A DNA stretch of 64,000 nucleotides, taken from NCBI GenBank assembly GCA_951406725.2, contig OX597830.1, forward strand, positions 35,030,001-35,094,000, given 5' to 3'. The notes beneath the pieces are model-generated. The model saw only the letters and a list, made by a program, of their open reading frames with translations. It searched no databases and had not been told where the DNA came from. The DNA comes from Octopus vulgaris (lineage: Eukaryota). Below are positions 1-13,084 of this stretch, piece after piece (the first letter of the stretch is position 1; the number at the start of each line of letters is the position of its first letter). The position numbers were made by a program, and so were the translations under genes.

Positions 1-35
1 ACCTAATATATATATATATAGAGAGAGAGATAGAT

Positions 36-67
<32 letters not shown>

Positions 68-299
68 TGTGTGTGTGTGTGTGTGTGTGTGAGTGAGTGT
101 ATGTGTGCGTCCGTGCACGCGCGTGTTTGTGCCTACGTATCTATGCAAAATATCAAATAGGACATTCTCCCACTAATATAATACAGAAGAACAAATATCA
201 TTTTGTGATAATCAGGCATTCGCCAGTGTTAGAATGAAATATGTACGAAATGGAGGTGCAGCAAACATGAACGGTTGCAATGATATTTGTAGACGTACA

Positions 300-425
300 G
301 GGATCAAAATAAGCTATCGATTAGACTATTATGCAGCCCCAGTACTCAACTGCTACTTATTTTATCGACCCCGAAATATGTCGAATTCGATCTCGGCGAA
401 ATTTCAACCTAGAATATAAAGAGAG
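300..425 (-). mobile_element. SINE family A fragment (degenerate)
   Basis: cccagtactcaactgctacttattttatcgaccccgaaa...tcggcgaaattt matches reverse complement of family A body. Confidence 0.55.
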
Positions 426-902
426 AGGAAAAAATACATCAGTTTTATTCAGTTCGATGTGCTACAAAAAGCTCCAGCTAAAATAAGGCTGAATATATTT
501 ATTTAATTAACGGAGGGCCGCGAATTCTAGAGGATTAGTTTTATAAAACACTGAGTAAGTAAGCAGCAGTTTTTGACAACGAATATCTGAAGAAATATCC
601 TATCCAACTATAGCAATTAGATATGTAGACAGGTAATGAGAGTGTATACGTACGCGGTAATAAAAGCATCATTAAGTCGATCATATACGATTGAAACAGA
701 GTCTTAAAATTCAACGATGTGTTTCGCTTACGAAGTCTAAAAAAACCTACAAGTTACTTTCATCATAAAAATGTGGGAATTTTTTTTTTAAATATCTAAA
801 GTGAAAGCTTTAACGACTCTAATAATTATTGATATCTTCGGCAGAAATTATATTTGTGTGTGATGTGTATATGCATATATCTATATATGTATATATGTAT
901 GT

Positions 903-1430
903 CATTCAGTTTCATTTCAAGATTTCATGCCAATGTTGAAAGAGCTGGTTTCTAACCTAGAATGACGGCTCCTTCATTGGAAATACAACATCAATAACGG
1001 GGTATTTTTACTTGTTTGTGTGTATGTATATGTGCAGATTTGTATGTTTTGTTTTATGTTATGTTTACTCGTGTATATTGTTTCATATCTAGGCATGCAC
1101 ATATATATTTAAATGATAAACTTCTGGAAAGTTTTACAGAATTTTACAGTTCCAATGATGGATTGGCTCTGTAGTCTCCGAATTTGCTTTCACCTTCCTG
1201 GTTTTGAGAAGCTTAATTTCTCAAGATTGACATTTAGGCAGTGCGTTACATATCCCAGGGTCCCAATAATTACAGATATAAACCTGAATTTGTAACCTGG
1301 ATAGAGTAACTTCAGACTTCTCAGGAGTTCAACGTAGGTATTCTTTTTATCACTGATCTTCAGTTTTATGTTAACAACCGCTCTTCTCCATCCCAAATCA
1401 TTATATCAGATCTGTTGTTCTTACAATACC
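903..1430 (-). mobile_element. 3' fragment of a different RLE-type LINE (endonuclease C-terminus plus probable 3' UTR)
   Basis: ORF 1190-1396 reads VNIKLKISDKKNTYVELLRSLKLLYPGYKFRFISVIIGTLG, matching the RLE K..Y..L...P(V)IIG.LG end; continues (frameshifted) QSIIGTVKFCKTFQKFII*. Confidence 0.65.
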
Positions 1431-1678
1431 AGATAACCCGTTCTTCTATTTTTATTATGTCTTCTTTTTACGCCGCATTTAAGATGCCATTTATGTTTGT
1501 ATTGTATTGGAGTTGCGGCTTACCAAATAGCAGTGGACTTTTCTTCATCGATACATCCCGTGCTTTGGTAATGGATAACTTAACAGTTTGATATATGGCA
1601 CCCTCGCTAACCATGGATTGTGGTGTGCTCCACTTTGATATGTCTAGATTTCTAATGGATCCCTTTTAATAATACACG

Positions 1679-1689
<11 letters not shown>

Positions 1690-1713
<24 letters not shown>

Positions 1714-1795
1714 CAAACACACACAAACATACACAGAGAGAGATGCACACGCAGATAAACAAATAAATATATATATGTATATATATGTGAGTGTA

Positions 1796-1856
<61 letters not shown>

Positions 1857-2240
1857 ATGTGCATACGACGGGCTTCTTTCAGTTTCCGTCTAACAAATCC
1901 ACTCACATCATCTTGGTCGGACTGAAACTATAGCATAAGACACTTCCTCACACAGACACACACAAACGTACACAAACATATACATAGAGAGAGATACACA
2001 CACGAATGTATACAAATAAATAAATATAAAAGTGTGTGTGTGTGTCTCTCTCTATATATAAATGTATGTGTGTGTATACGACGAGCTTCTTTCAGTTTCC
2101 GTCTAACAAATCCACTCACATCATCTTGGTCGAACTGAAGCTATAGCATAAGACAGTTGCCCAAGTTTGCCATGCAGTGGGACTAAACCCGGAACCATGT
2201 GGCTAGGAAGTAAAGGCTTTACCGGAGCCACGCCTGCGGT
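1690..2240 (-). mobile_element. SINE family B (CORE-like) with local tandem duplication
   Basis: Two copies of atacgacg(g/a)gcttctttcagtttccgtctaacaaatccactcacatcatcttggtcg (about 1863-1945 and 2076-2155); second copy continues to the head at ~2240. Confidence 0.75.
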
Positions 2241-2259
2241 TGTATATACTTCGTTTTCC

Positions 2260-2303
<44 letters not shown>

Positions 2304-2346
2304 GTATTAAGAACTAGTTACTTGGATTATAATTTCGCACTTGGAT

Positions 2347-2390
<44 letters not shown>

Positions 2391-2692
2391 TTAACAAATA
2401 AAACATATGCATACATACATACATATATGTACATACCTACATCTATAAGTATATATACATGCATATATATATATATGAGTACAGGACACCACAAATAATC
2501 GTAGAACACAACGAGAAACGAAAACATAAAAACAAACAAGGAAACGGACTTTTTTTAACAACGAAAAAAAAGAGTACAAGACAAACAATACAAGGAATAT
2601 TCCCCTTCATAAGCTGCCCCTTGTTCGAATCAATGCGTGTTTAGAAGGCAAGGGAAGAACACGATCCGGCCGAAGTAGTCCTTCCTGTAAAA

Positions 2693-2752
<60 letters not shown>

Positions 2753-3575
2753 TATGAAATACTAGCCACACACGCGCGCGCGCATACGTGCATGTTCGTG
2801 TGTATGTGCGTATGTGTTTAAAATCCATATTGGTTTTAGCAGTGTGCGTAGGCGCATATATTTGATAACCACAGTTGTATTTAACATAAAAATATGAATA
2901 TTTCCTTTGAGCATGGATTGTGTGTTAATGTATCTCCGTTCGAATATCTGTGACTATCAACTTTCTTCTCTCTAGCGCTCTCATCTCTGTTTATTTATTT
3001 CTCTCTATCCGTCTCCCGTATATATATCATATACATGTGTGTACATGTTTGTATATATCCACACGTATAGGCATGTGCAGAGAGACACACAAGTGCATAT
3101 TAATGTAGAATAATAATACCAAACAGTAAAACAAATGGTCGCTTTTTTTCTTCTTTTCAAACATCAAATTCGTTCTTTCTCACTGATATTTTAATAGTTT
3201 TTTTTTTCCATTTCAATTGTTACCTATTGTCGAGGAGGCCTTAAATTTAATATTCAATGTACGTTTTTACTTTCACAAACTATAATTGAATATATATAAC
3301 CTATTTCAAAAGAAGCCAGATAGCATGACCAGTCGTAAAAGTCTACATTGGCTGATGGAAAACTGTGTTTAAATAGCCGATGAATCTTTAGATGATACTG
3401 TTACATAAAAAAATATTCTCATTCACTCATATACAGATTCCTAGACACCCATTCACACACAAAAAGAATACGCGCACACACACAAACACACAGGCACATA
3501 CACGCAAACAGACAATTATATCTAACTTTTAGGTGAGTATATATATACATATATATATACATGTATGTATATATG

Positions 3576-3642
<67 letters not shown>

Positions 3643-3919
3643 GTGTGAGCGTGTGTGTGTGAAAGTATACAGCAGTTTAGATCAATTCCAGTTGATCTTG
3701 ATCGGTTTCGCACTGGTCATTAAATCACGGAATATTAGATAACAACATGGTTAACTAACACCATGCACTCTTTAAAGATTGCAGGTATGGAAAAAAATTT
3801 GATGACTGTGATTCATGTATCTATTCATGAATGTAAGAACGCATATGTTTTTTTTAACTTTTGGGTACTTAGACTACCATATATATTTATATATACACAC
3901 ACGCACACATATACATATA

Positions 3920-4225
3920 GGCGTGGCTAGGTGGTAAGAAGCTTGCATCCCAACTACATGGTTCCGGGTTCAGCGCTACTGCGTGGCACCTTCGGCAAGT
4001 GTCTTTTAATATAGTCTTGGGCTGACTAAAGCCTTGAGCGGATTTGGTAGACGGAAACTGAAAGATGCTGGTGTGTTTACGTCCCCGTAACTTAGCTGCT
4101 CGGTTTAAGCGACCGATAGAAGTACTAATTATACAAAGAATAAACCCTGGTGCCGATTTGTTCGACTAAAGGCGGTGCTCCAGTATGACCGCAATAAAAT
4201 GACTCAACAAGTAAAAAAATAAAAC
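3920..4225 (+). mobile_element. SINE family B (CORE-like), lacking the internal microsatellite block
   Basis: Head gcgtggctaggtggtaagaagcttg..ggttcag, caccttcggcaagtgtc CORE-like motif, ggatttggtagacggaaactgaaaga joined directly to tgctggtgtgtttacgtcccc, tail gactaaaggcggtgctccag. Confidence 0.75.
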
Positions 4226-4229
4226 AATA

Positions 4230-4281
<52 letters not shown>

Positions 4282-4937
4282 GTGAGAGAATGAGAGGGAC
4301 AGAGAAGGATAAAAATAAACAGAGGAAGAGAAAGATAGAGATTGACAGAGAATACACTGCTTGTCCAGACTCGGAGCTCAGGGTCGTGCGGTATTGGGCT
4401 TGATTGCCACAGTGAGCAAAGTGTAACCTTCCGCAACGCACTTCATTTCCTCATTCCTTATGTATAATTATCTGAAAATAAATACCAACAACAGTAAAGT
4501 AGTGTCCAAATTGTTATTTGTACGATAATGTGCGTACCACTATCACCAGAAGTGTCAAAGAAACCCTCAACGGGAGTCTATTTGATCAATCCCTTGAAAC
4601 AGGAACACAACGAATGAGCCCTCGTAAGTTGTGTGAGAAGCACTAGTCGTATTTAAATTAACACTGACCTCCATGTATCACGAATCACTTTGGAGCCAAT
4701 GCACTATTTTATATCAGGTGACAACTGGAGACCAGCTCCTCCGCGTGAAAAAAAAACACAGCGAGCAAATATGGCATTTATATTTTAGGACATTATATGC
4801 GTACAAACACACACTCACACACACACACACGCGCAGACACACACACACACATATCTGTTACCTTTTGTTTCAGTCATTAGATTGCGGCTATTCTGGGGCA
4901 ATAACAACCATATATATATAATATACAAATGCATATT

Positions 4938-5126
4938 TTTTACTTCTTTCAGTCGTTTGAGTGTGGCCATGCTGGGGCACCGCCTTTACTCGAACAAGTT
5001 GACTCCAGGACTTACGGTTTGTAAGCCTACTATTTATTCTAGCGGTCTCTTTTGTGGAACCGCTAAGTTACGGTGACGTAAAGACACCAGCATCGGGCGT
5101 CAAGCGATAGCGTGAGGGGACAAATA

Positions 5127-5130
<4 letters not shown>
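4938..5130 (-). mobile_element. SINE family B 3' half
   Basis: Reverse complement of ttgtcccc..cttgac..cgatgctggtgt..acgtcaccgtaacttagcggttc..gcggtgccccagcatggccac. Confidence 0.7.
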
Positions 5131-5188
<58 letters not shown>

Positions 5189-5534
5189 GTATATATACAT
5201 ATTTATATAAATAAAACCTTGGTTCGTTATCACCATCCTAATCATCATTGACATCACTTATATGTATCTAAAAATCAAATCAAAATTTATATATGTGTGT
5301 GTGTGTGCGCGCGCATATACATACATGCAAAGATCGTACATACATACATACATACACAAATAGATACATACATATATACACACCTAATACGTTGTTTGAT
5401 TTCAATTTCAATCGCACAACAAATAATCAGGAATTAAAATTCTATGTGAATTCCTGATTTCAAAAGGGTAACTGTTAGGATTCGTATTATAGTCTGAGAC
5501 ACCCTTGGCTGGCATCTCTAGCTGTCTTTATATA

Positions 5535-5651
<117 letters not shown>

Positions 5652-6413
5652 CACGCCGCATATATTTTTGTACGCGCATACACTCAATCGTTCTAACACA
5701 CATACTTACATAAATACATATATACATATTAACACGCATACATACATACATACATACATAGATGCACACACATACATTCACACTTGTATGGATTCTGTAA
5801 TCAACCACATTACTTCCAGCATCTTGCGTAATAATAAACTCCGACATTCCCAACGAGAAAGCAAGAGTAATTAAAACGAGTCTTTATGATACAATCAATA
5901 TTTGATTAGCCTATTTTTCATTCATTCATTTATTTATTTATTTGTTCTTGTTATTTATTGAAGTATCAATTAGACTAAAGCTAGTATTGTTTGTATATTA
6001 TTTTTTATCTGTTATATTTTTCATAACATTTAAATATTTTTCTGTTTGATTTTTTTTTATAAGGAATATTTTAATTTTTGTTAAATTTAAATGTGGCGGA
6101 TTTTGTTATGTTTGCTTTTGTTTTTTTGTTACTATTATATATTTTTTATTTGTATTTTAAACTTTGTTTGAGGGCGTGCGTTTATGTTCTTTTGTTGCTG
6201 TTTATTTTTTTGTCATTTATTTTTTTTTTCTTCTCATGGCTGTATATGTGGGTTGGAAAGGGAATTTCGTTTCGTTTCTATTGATTTAAAATTTTTCAAT
6301 TTACCTTTTGTATTTTATTTTATTTTTACTCTTATTTTGTTTGAAAATTTCATTTTAATTTTACCATATTATTTATTGTTTCTTAATTGCAATTATTATC
6401 ATTATTATTAGTC

Positions 6414-6446
<33 letters not shown>

Positions 6447-7197
6447 GCAGTAGTAGTAATAGTTGTTGTGGTACTAGTAATTATTCTTATTATTGTTCTT
6501 ATTAGTATTATGTGTTGTTGTTGTTGTTGTTGTTTAAATATAGTTTAATGAATCTATGATCAAAGGAATCATTCATCGTAACTATCCTAATTAATTTCGG
6601 TTGTTAAGTCGATCTTATCTTGTAGCAAGATATTGTTGCTATTGTTGTTGTTATTGTTGTTGTTTTTTTCGCCCCCACCCCCACCCAGCACCCTACCTAC
6701 ACCTTCTTCGACAGAACATATTTGTTTGTTATAGATTTTTTTGTTCTTTATTTGTTATTATTTTACACTTCTTTCATTTGTGTGTCTGGGTGTGTGTATA
6801 TATACGTGTGTGTGTGTGTGTGGCAGTGTGTCTAGGTGTCATTATTTGCGGTGTGTGTATGTGTGTGCGTGATTAGGTGGTTGGCTTGATAAGGAACTTT
6901 TAATGTTGTTTGTTGTTGTTGTTGTCGCTGCTTTTTCTGTTTGTTCTTTTATTTTTTCTTATTTAATTTCATTTTATTTTAATTGTATTTAATTTTGTTT
7001 CTCTCCCTTTTAATTGATATTTTATTTTAGTTTATCTTGTCATTTTGTGTGTGTTCGTGCGTGTGTGTGTATGTGTGTGTTTATATGTGCGTGTTTGCAT
7101 ATATGTCAATGTGTCGTTGTGAGGGAATAGATTTGTATGCGTGTGTGGGTCTGTCTCTATATGATAGCGTAATGCAAGCTTCGTTTCAGGTTTGGCT

Positions 7198-7416
7198 CAT
7201 CATCATCATCATCATCATCAACATCGACATCACCATCATCATCATCATCATCATCATCATCACCGTCGTCGTTATCATCGTCGACGTCATCATAATCGTT
7301 GTCGTCGCCGTCACCGCCCTCGTTATCTCATCGTAGTCATCTCAACATTATTGTCATCATCACCACTATCATCATCATCATCATCATCATCATTATCATC
7401 ATCATCGTCATCGTCC

Positions 7417-7447
<31 letters not shown>

Positions 7448-7622
7448 TATCATCTTTGTGATCATCAAGGCCCTCATCGTACTCATCATCATCAGCATCA
7501 TAATCCTCCTTCTCATCATCATACCGCTCATCACCATCTTCATCATCATCATCTACTTTATTATCAGCATCATCGTCACCACCACCACCAATACCAGCAC
7601 CACAATCATCATCATCATAATT

Positions 7623-7653
<31 letters not shown>

Positions 7654-7740
7654 CCATCATCATCACCATCATCATCATCATCATCATCATCAACGTCATC
7701 ACCGCCATCATCATCATCAACATCACCACAACACCGACAT
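7198..7740. repeat. Degenerate (CAT)n / (CGT)n / (CAC)n trinucleotide array
   Basis: Directly visible; source of poly-H/I/S/M ORFs. Confidence 0.9.
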
Positions 7741-8831
7741 GATCATTATCATTAGGAGCATCTTCATTACAGTAACTTGTGTCGTGATTATTTTTATTAT
7801 TATCATTAATTATATATTGCTATTATTGTCATTAATGTTGCGATTATTTTTGTTCTGTTATATACTTTATAACATTTCAATCTGATTTAAATGATGTTGA
7901 AACAGTTCAAATATCGGTATTTTATAATATTTAATCATTTCACTCTTGGTCATATGTTATTTTATATCTGTTTTTGATTTCTCAATATATTTTGATTTAT
8001 TTATTATTTTTATTATTATTCTTGTAGTATTTCTGTCTTGGAATATTTTAATTCATTTTTATTATTCTTATTTTTCTTTGCTTTTTTTTCTTAGTATTTT
8101 GTACTCTTATCTACATTTTTGCGTATTTGATTTTAGCTGGCGTTTTTTCTTTTTTTCTTTTTCTAATTTTCGTATGAATTTTTTTACTTCCATTTTAGTT
8201 CCAACTTAATTTACGCCCGCTTAGATGGTGTATGTGATTGTGCGTCCACGTGTATATGTGCAACATAATAAATGCCTAATTCTATATGTATATATGTAAG
8301 CATATTTGTATATACTACATTTACTGTACGTTCTCTTGTATTTACATATTTATGTCTCTATATGTTTGAATACGTGTTGTGTGGTTGCAAACACACCCTC
8401 TCGCACGCACGCACACAAACACACATATATATGCACGTATGTATGAACGAACGTATGTACTATATATATATAGGTGTGCGCGTGTGCGTAGGTGTGTTTG
8501 TATGTATGTATGTATACATGTATTGTGTGCGCGCGTATGTGTGTGTATATGCTTGTATGTATATCTCACCTGTTTTAATACCTTGAATTAATTCTACCGC
8601 CGGTTAGAGTTTAAATACCAACAATTATAGTGTCACGTTCGGAATTAAAGCAAAATAATAATTATGTAATTTCAGTGTGCATCATGTTCATCAAAAGTAA
8701 ATCCACCCTTTCAATGAGATGCTTAAATATAGGGTACATTTGTGGAATTGCGCCACCACCTATAACTTCAAACTTCAGATTAGAATGGAATGCACACATC
8801 CGTTTGTGATTATAAGTATGTGTGCATGTAT

Positions 8832-8882
<51 letters not shown>

Positions 8883-8893
8883 TATAATTATAT

Positions 8894-9089
8894 GCATAAT
8901 TATAATTAGGGTTCAGAAAAATTGCTTCACCACATACCGAAATTTAGAAATAGCAGTTAAATACTATTCCACTACCATAAGATATCTCCCAGATAGCAAT
9001 CTTATGGTAGTGGAATAGTATTTAACTGCTATTTCTAAATTTCGGTATGTGGTGAAGCAATTTTTGCTGAACCCTAATTATAATTATGC
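8894..9089. repeat. Near-perfect inverted repeat (~90-bp arms, 15-bp loop)
   Basis: gcataattataattagggttcag...actaccataagat [atctcccagatagca] atcttatggtagt...ctgaaccctaattataattatgc. Confidence 0.92.
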
Positions 9090-9189
9090 TTACAATTATA
9101 AACTTTTTATATAAGGTTACCGATAATGGTTCTTCTAATATACGGAACTACTTGGTAAAACTAGTAATTAGTAATTGATTAATTATACC

Positions 9190-9250
<61 letters not shown>

Positions 9251-9269
9251 GGTATTATTATTATTATAA

Positions 9270-10035
9270 TGTCCGTCCGTCGGTGTTAACTTGTTTCCGA
9301 GTTGTAGATCTATAGCCGGTGACTGAAACTCTTCATCTGCAAAGGGTACCGATGGCTGAGGTCACTGTTTAATCCAAGGTGTGTATAGAAAAGCCAGGGG
9401 AATTTATCCCAGGTGAGACTTGATGAAGGAAGTGTGCAAGTTGCTCTTTGCACCTTCGACGTCTGATCCATGCCTGTTTACGTTTTGACATCTATTATTT
9501 TCCATCTCGAGTCATCCCTGTACGATGACACTTTGGGATCTGCTTGGCGATTGAGTCTCAGATATATCTGGGTCAATAGCGCACTGGAGGAGTGTGCGCT
9601 TGACCTGATTTCGGAAACAGAATATTGGGGATTTGCATGACTGGTTCTCTTAGGGGAGTTCCACAAAGAAGAATCGAGGGCAAATATATGACGTGTCCTC
9701 ACCAGTGGAGGCATCGTCGTGTCACGGTGGCTTCAATGCTGAACAATCCAATCCAGAGCAGAAGCTCTTTGCTGTATAGGGACCCTTCGGCTAACTTCCC
9801 CCTATCACCAGTGGCATAACGCTAAATGGCACTGTCCTGGAAATCTGTCCAGTGGTTGCACCATTCACAAACACATCGAGACTGCTTACGGAAGACTCTC
9901 AGAATGAGTCTTTCTAAACTTCGACTTCACCATCCAAACGAAAATTATGGTACACCGAGCTGTTGTGCTTTCTACACTCCTGTACGGCTGTGAGATGCCG
10001 AAAATTGAATGTATCCAACAGCATAAACTTCGCCT
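9270..10035 (+). mobile_element. Internally deleted RTE-clade LINE relic
   Basis: 9884-9995 translates AYGRLSE*VFLNFDFTIQTKIMVHRAVVLSTLLYGCE (RTE post-RT motif); ITLNGTVLE at ~9815-9845; upstream GC-richer part probably 5' region, boundary uncertain. Confidence 0.6.
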
Positions 10036-10092
10036 AATCATGAAGATATATATACGTATACACATACTCACACGCACACACACACACACACA

Positions 10093-10133
<41 letters not shown>

Positions 10134-10180
10134 ACATACATACATACATACATACATACATACATACATACATACATACA

Positions 10181-10212
<32 letters not shown>

Positions 10213-10229
10213 AGTAGATAGATAGATAA

Positions 10230-10625
10230 CTTACTTTATTGGCCACACAGGGCTGGACACAGAGGGGACAAATACAAATGTAGAGCTTTTCTTTTCGAAG
10301 ATGGAAAAGGAAAAATAAAAAAAGGTAACAAATGTAAAATTTTTATCAAAAGGGATCGGAAAAAAAAGCGATCAAATGGGATCGTGTATCTAAAAAAGTA
10401 ACAAATAAGATTAGGTTCATCTGTGGAAAGAAAAGCCTACAGAAAAGATCACGGTAACCTCAGGCAGGGAGGAAATAAACGCATGAGAGAAAAGTGCTCT
10501 CTCTCTCTCTCTTTTACGATTTACAGGCTCATGCTCAAAATGATTTTGTCACTCGCACGCATGCGTTCCACTAGTATGAACCGTTCTGAAGAGAAGATTT
10601 GTCTGTTAGGTTTACGTCTCAGTTC
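10230..10625 (-). mobile_element. 3' end of an interspersed LINE-like element (copy 1), abutting a (TACA)n/(GATA)n tract
   Basis: tttattggccacacagggctggacacagaggggacaaatacaaatgtagagcttttctttt and gggatcg motifs shared with the copy at 60480-60740; AATAAAG near the 3' end on the minus strand. Confidence 0.5.
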
Positions 10626-10808
10626 ACTTGACTGTATATGTATATGTATATTTTATATACATGTTTATATATATATTTTGTATACATGCAAATGTTTGTG
10701 TATTACATATATTATATAACTAATCAGGTTTTGAAGCATCAGTAAATGACATGAATACAAATCTTTTCTCTTACCTCAGTTACCCTAGATGCACTGTTCA
10801 TGTGTGTA

Positions 10809-10855
<47 letters not shown>

Positions 10856-10904
10856 CGCAGAAGCACACGCACACACACACACACAAACACACACACATAC
10901 ACAA

Positions 10905-10978
<74 letters not shown>

Positions 10979-11169
10979 CATAGATGAGGCTCAGATATTT
11001 TCCGTATGGCATACACTTATCAATACTCAAGAGGTTTAAACAGATACATACTTGACTACAACTTGCCTAACTTCCTTATCCTTACATTTTCTCCTCTCTC
11101 TCCCTCTCTCTTCCCCTCTCTATATATATATGTGTATGTGTGTGTGTGTGTATGTATTTATATATGCAT

Positions 11170-11224
<55 letters not shown>

Positions 11225-11234
11225 CACACATTTT

Positions 11235-11400
11235 TTCTCTCCTTGTTTCACTCTTTGTTTTTTTTCTCTGTCCCTTTCTGTAGAAGAGCGTAGGCTCGAA
11301 ACGTAAAATACTTTTTCAAATCCTGAGCGTTATACTAATACATGTGTTTGTTTTGTACACCACCTGTCTTTGTATGTTGTTTCTTTCGTTAACTCTCCCC
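11235..11400 (+). mobile_element. Probable Penelope-like terminal fragment carrying a minimal hammerhead-like motif
   Basis: ttt CTGTAGA A GAGC gtag GCTC GAAAC GTA aaa at 11275-11308, flanked by (TA)n on both sides. Confidence 0.4.
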
Positions 11401-11418
11401 TACATACATACACATATA

Positions 11419-11495
<77 letters not shown>

Positions 11496-11584
11496 GCATA
11501 TCGATTATATATATAACATGTACTATATAATTTAATAAATATCATATTCATATAACATAGATATGTCTATAAACGTATATATTT

Positions 11585-11627
<43 letters not shown>

Positions 11628-12406
11628 AGAGACGAGAGACCCGAAAGAGAAGTAAAAAGACAAATAGGTTGATAGATAACTGAATTTGTATCTGTACGTG
11701 TATCTGTTAGTGTGCGCGTGTGTATGTGTTTGAATGGGTAGTAATATATAACCAATACTTTGTGTTAAATTACACACGAAATGTGCTGCAGCCATTGTTT
11801 TATATGCGCGGGTATTTACAAGCATACTAAAATCGCGTATGTCGTAGATATCGCAGCAAAGAAATTTAAATGTATGTGCTTCAGAAAATTGATTTAACCC
11901 TGCTATGCAATACACATCGTGGGTCATCAACACAGATCTCTCTCCCTCTCTCCTACTCCTCCCCTTCTCTCTCTCTGCATTCCTCTGTTTGTATTATTAC
12001 AGAGGGGTTTTTAGTTATATTACGTCAATAAGCGTAGAATATTTTTATTCATAGAACCATGTACACACGCACAAACGTACCTGGAAGCCATCGAAAAATT
12101 AAGACGAAAATATAAATACCAGATTAAAATAATTAAGAAAAAAACCTGAAATGTGTTGCTCCAAAGAGCCAGGAAAAAGAAATGTATAAAAGAAAGAATG
12201 GAAATATATGCGTATGGGCTCCTTTGCTCATATTTTGGAATTTTCTGACAAATAACGAATCGGTTTCTAGCAAAGAACTAAGGTCCTTTGTTCATGTCAA
12301 GATAGAATCTGCGCCTTACACTTGTATGCCTATTTGCATATACACATGTGTCAATGTAAATACGTACGTAACTATGTTCGAACACACACACACTGACACA
12401 CATATC

Positions 12407-12783
12407 GTGGCACTCCGTCGGTTACGACGTCGAGGGTACCAGTTGATCCGATCAACGGAACAGCCTGCTCGTGAAATTATCGTGTAAGTGGCTGAGCACT
12501 CCACAGACATGTGTAACCTTAAAGTAGTTCTCAGATTGATTCAGCGTGACACAGCGTGTGACAAGGCTGGCTCTTTGAAATACAGGTACGACAGAAACAG
12601 GAAGACAGTGTGAGAGAAAGTTGTGGTGAAAGACTACGGCAGGATTCGCCATTACCTCCATCCGGAGGCTCATGGTACTCTAGGCGTTTTCGCTCAATAA
12701 ACACTCACAATGCCTGCTCTGGGAATCGAAGCCGCGATCCTATGACCGCGAGTCCGCTGCCCTAACCACTGGGCCATTGCGCC
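12407..12783 (-). mobile_element. SINE family C, full-length tRNA-derived SINE
   Basis: Minus-strand head GGCGCAATGGCCCAGTGGTTAGGGCAGCGGACTCGCGG..GCTTCGATTCCC with A and B boxes; body and tail repeated at 27555-27810 and 46126-46180. Confidence 0.8.
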
Positions 12784-12810
12784 AACGCACACACACACAC
12801 ACACACAAAA

Positions 12811-12876
<66 letters not shown>

Positions 12877-13084
12877 GTATGTGTGTATGTGTGTGCCTGT
12901 GTGCTTGTGTGACAGGTGGGGTGGTGCATGCACAAACGCGTATATGCATAATAATGATACGAATAATTTATAAAAAGTAATACGGTATTCATAAGAGGAA
13001 TGTGTGCATCTGAATTGAAATATATCAAATGTATGCATATATACCACACGGGAAATTGTATAATTTTTCATCACAGTTCCTGAC

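Noticed and set aside
3305-3372. Short unique stretch translatable as KKPDSMTSRKSLHWLMENCV* (plus) or FPSANVDFYDWSCYLASFEI (minus)
   Set aside because: No convincing splice sites or recognisable family on either strand
9115-9160. Hammerhead-like remnant ttaccgataatg..cggaactacttggtaa next to the large hairpin
   Set aside because: Needs several changes in the catalytic core to fit CUGANGA/GAAA; too degenerate to call
12710-12783. tRNA-like sequence on the minus strand
   Set aside because: It is the head of SINE family C, continuous with a repeated body and without a proper acceptor stem; not a tRNA gene
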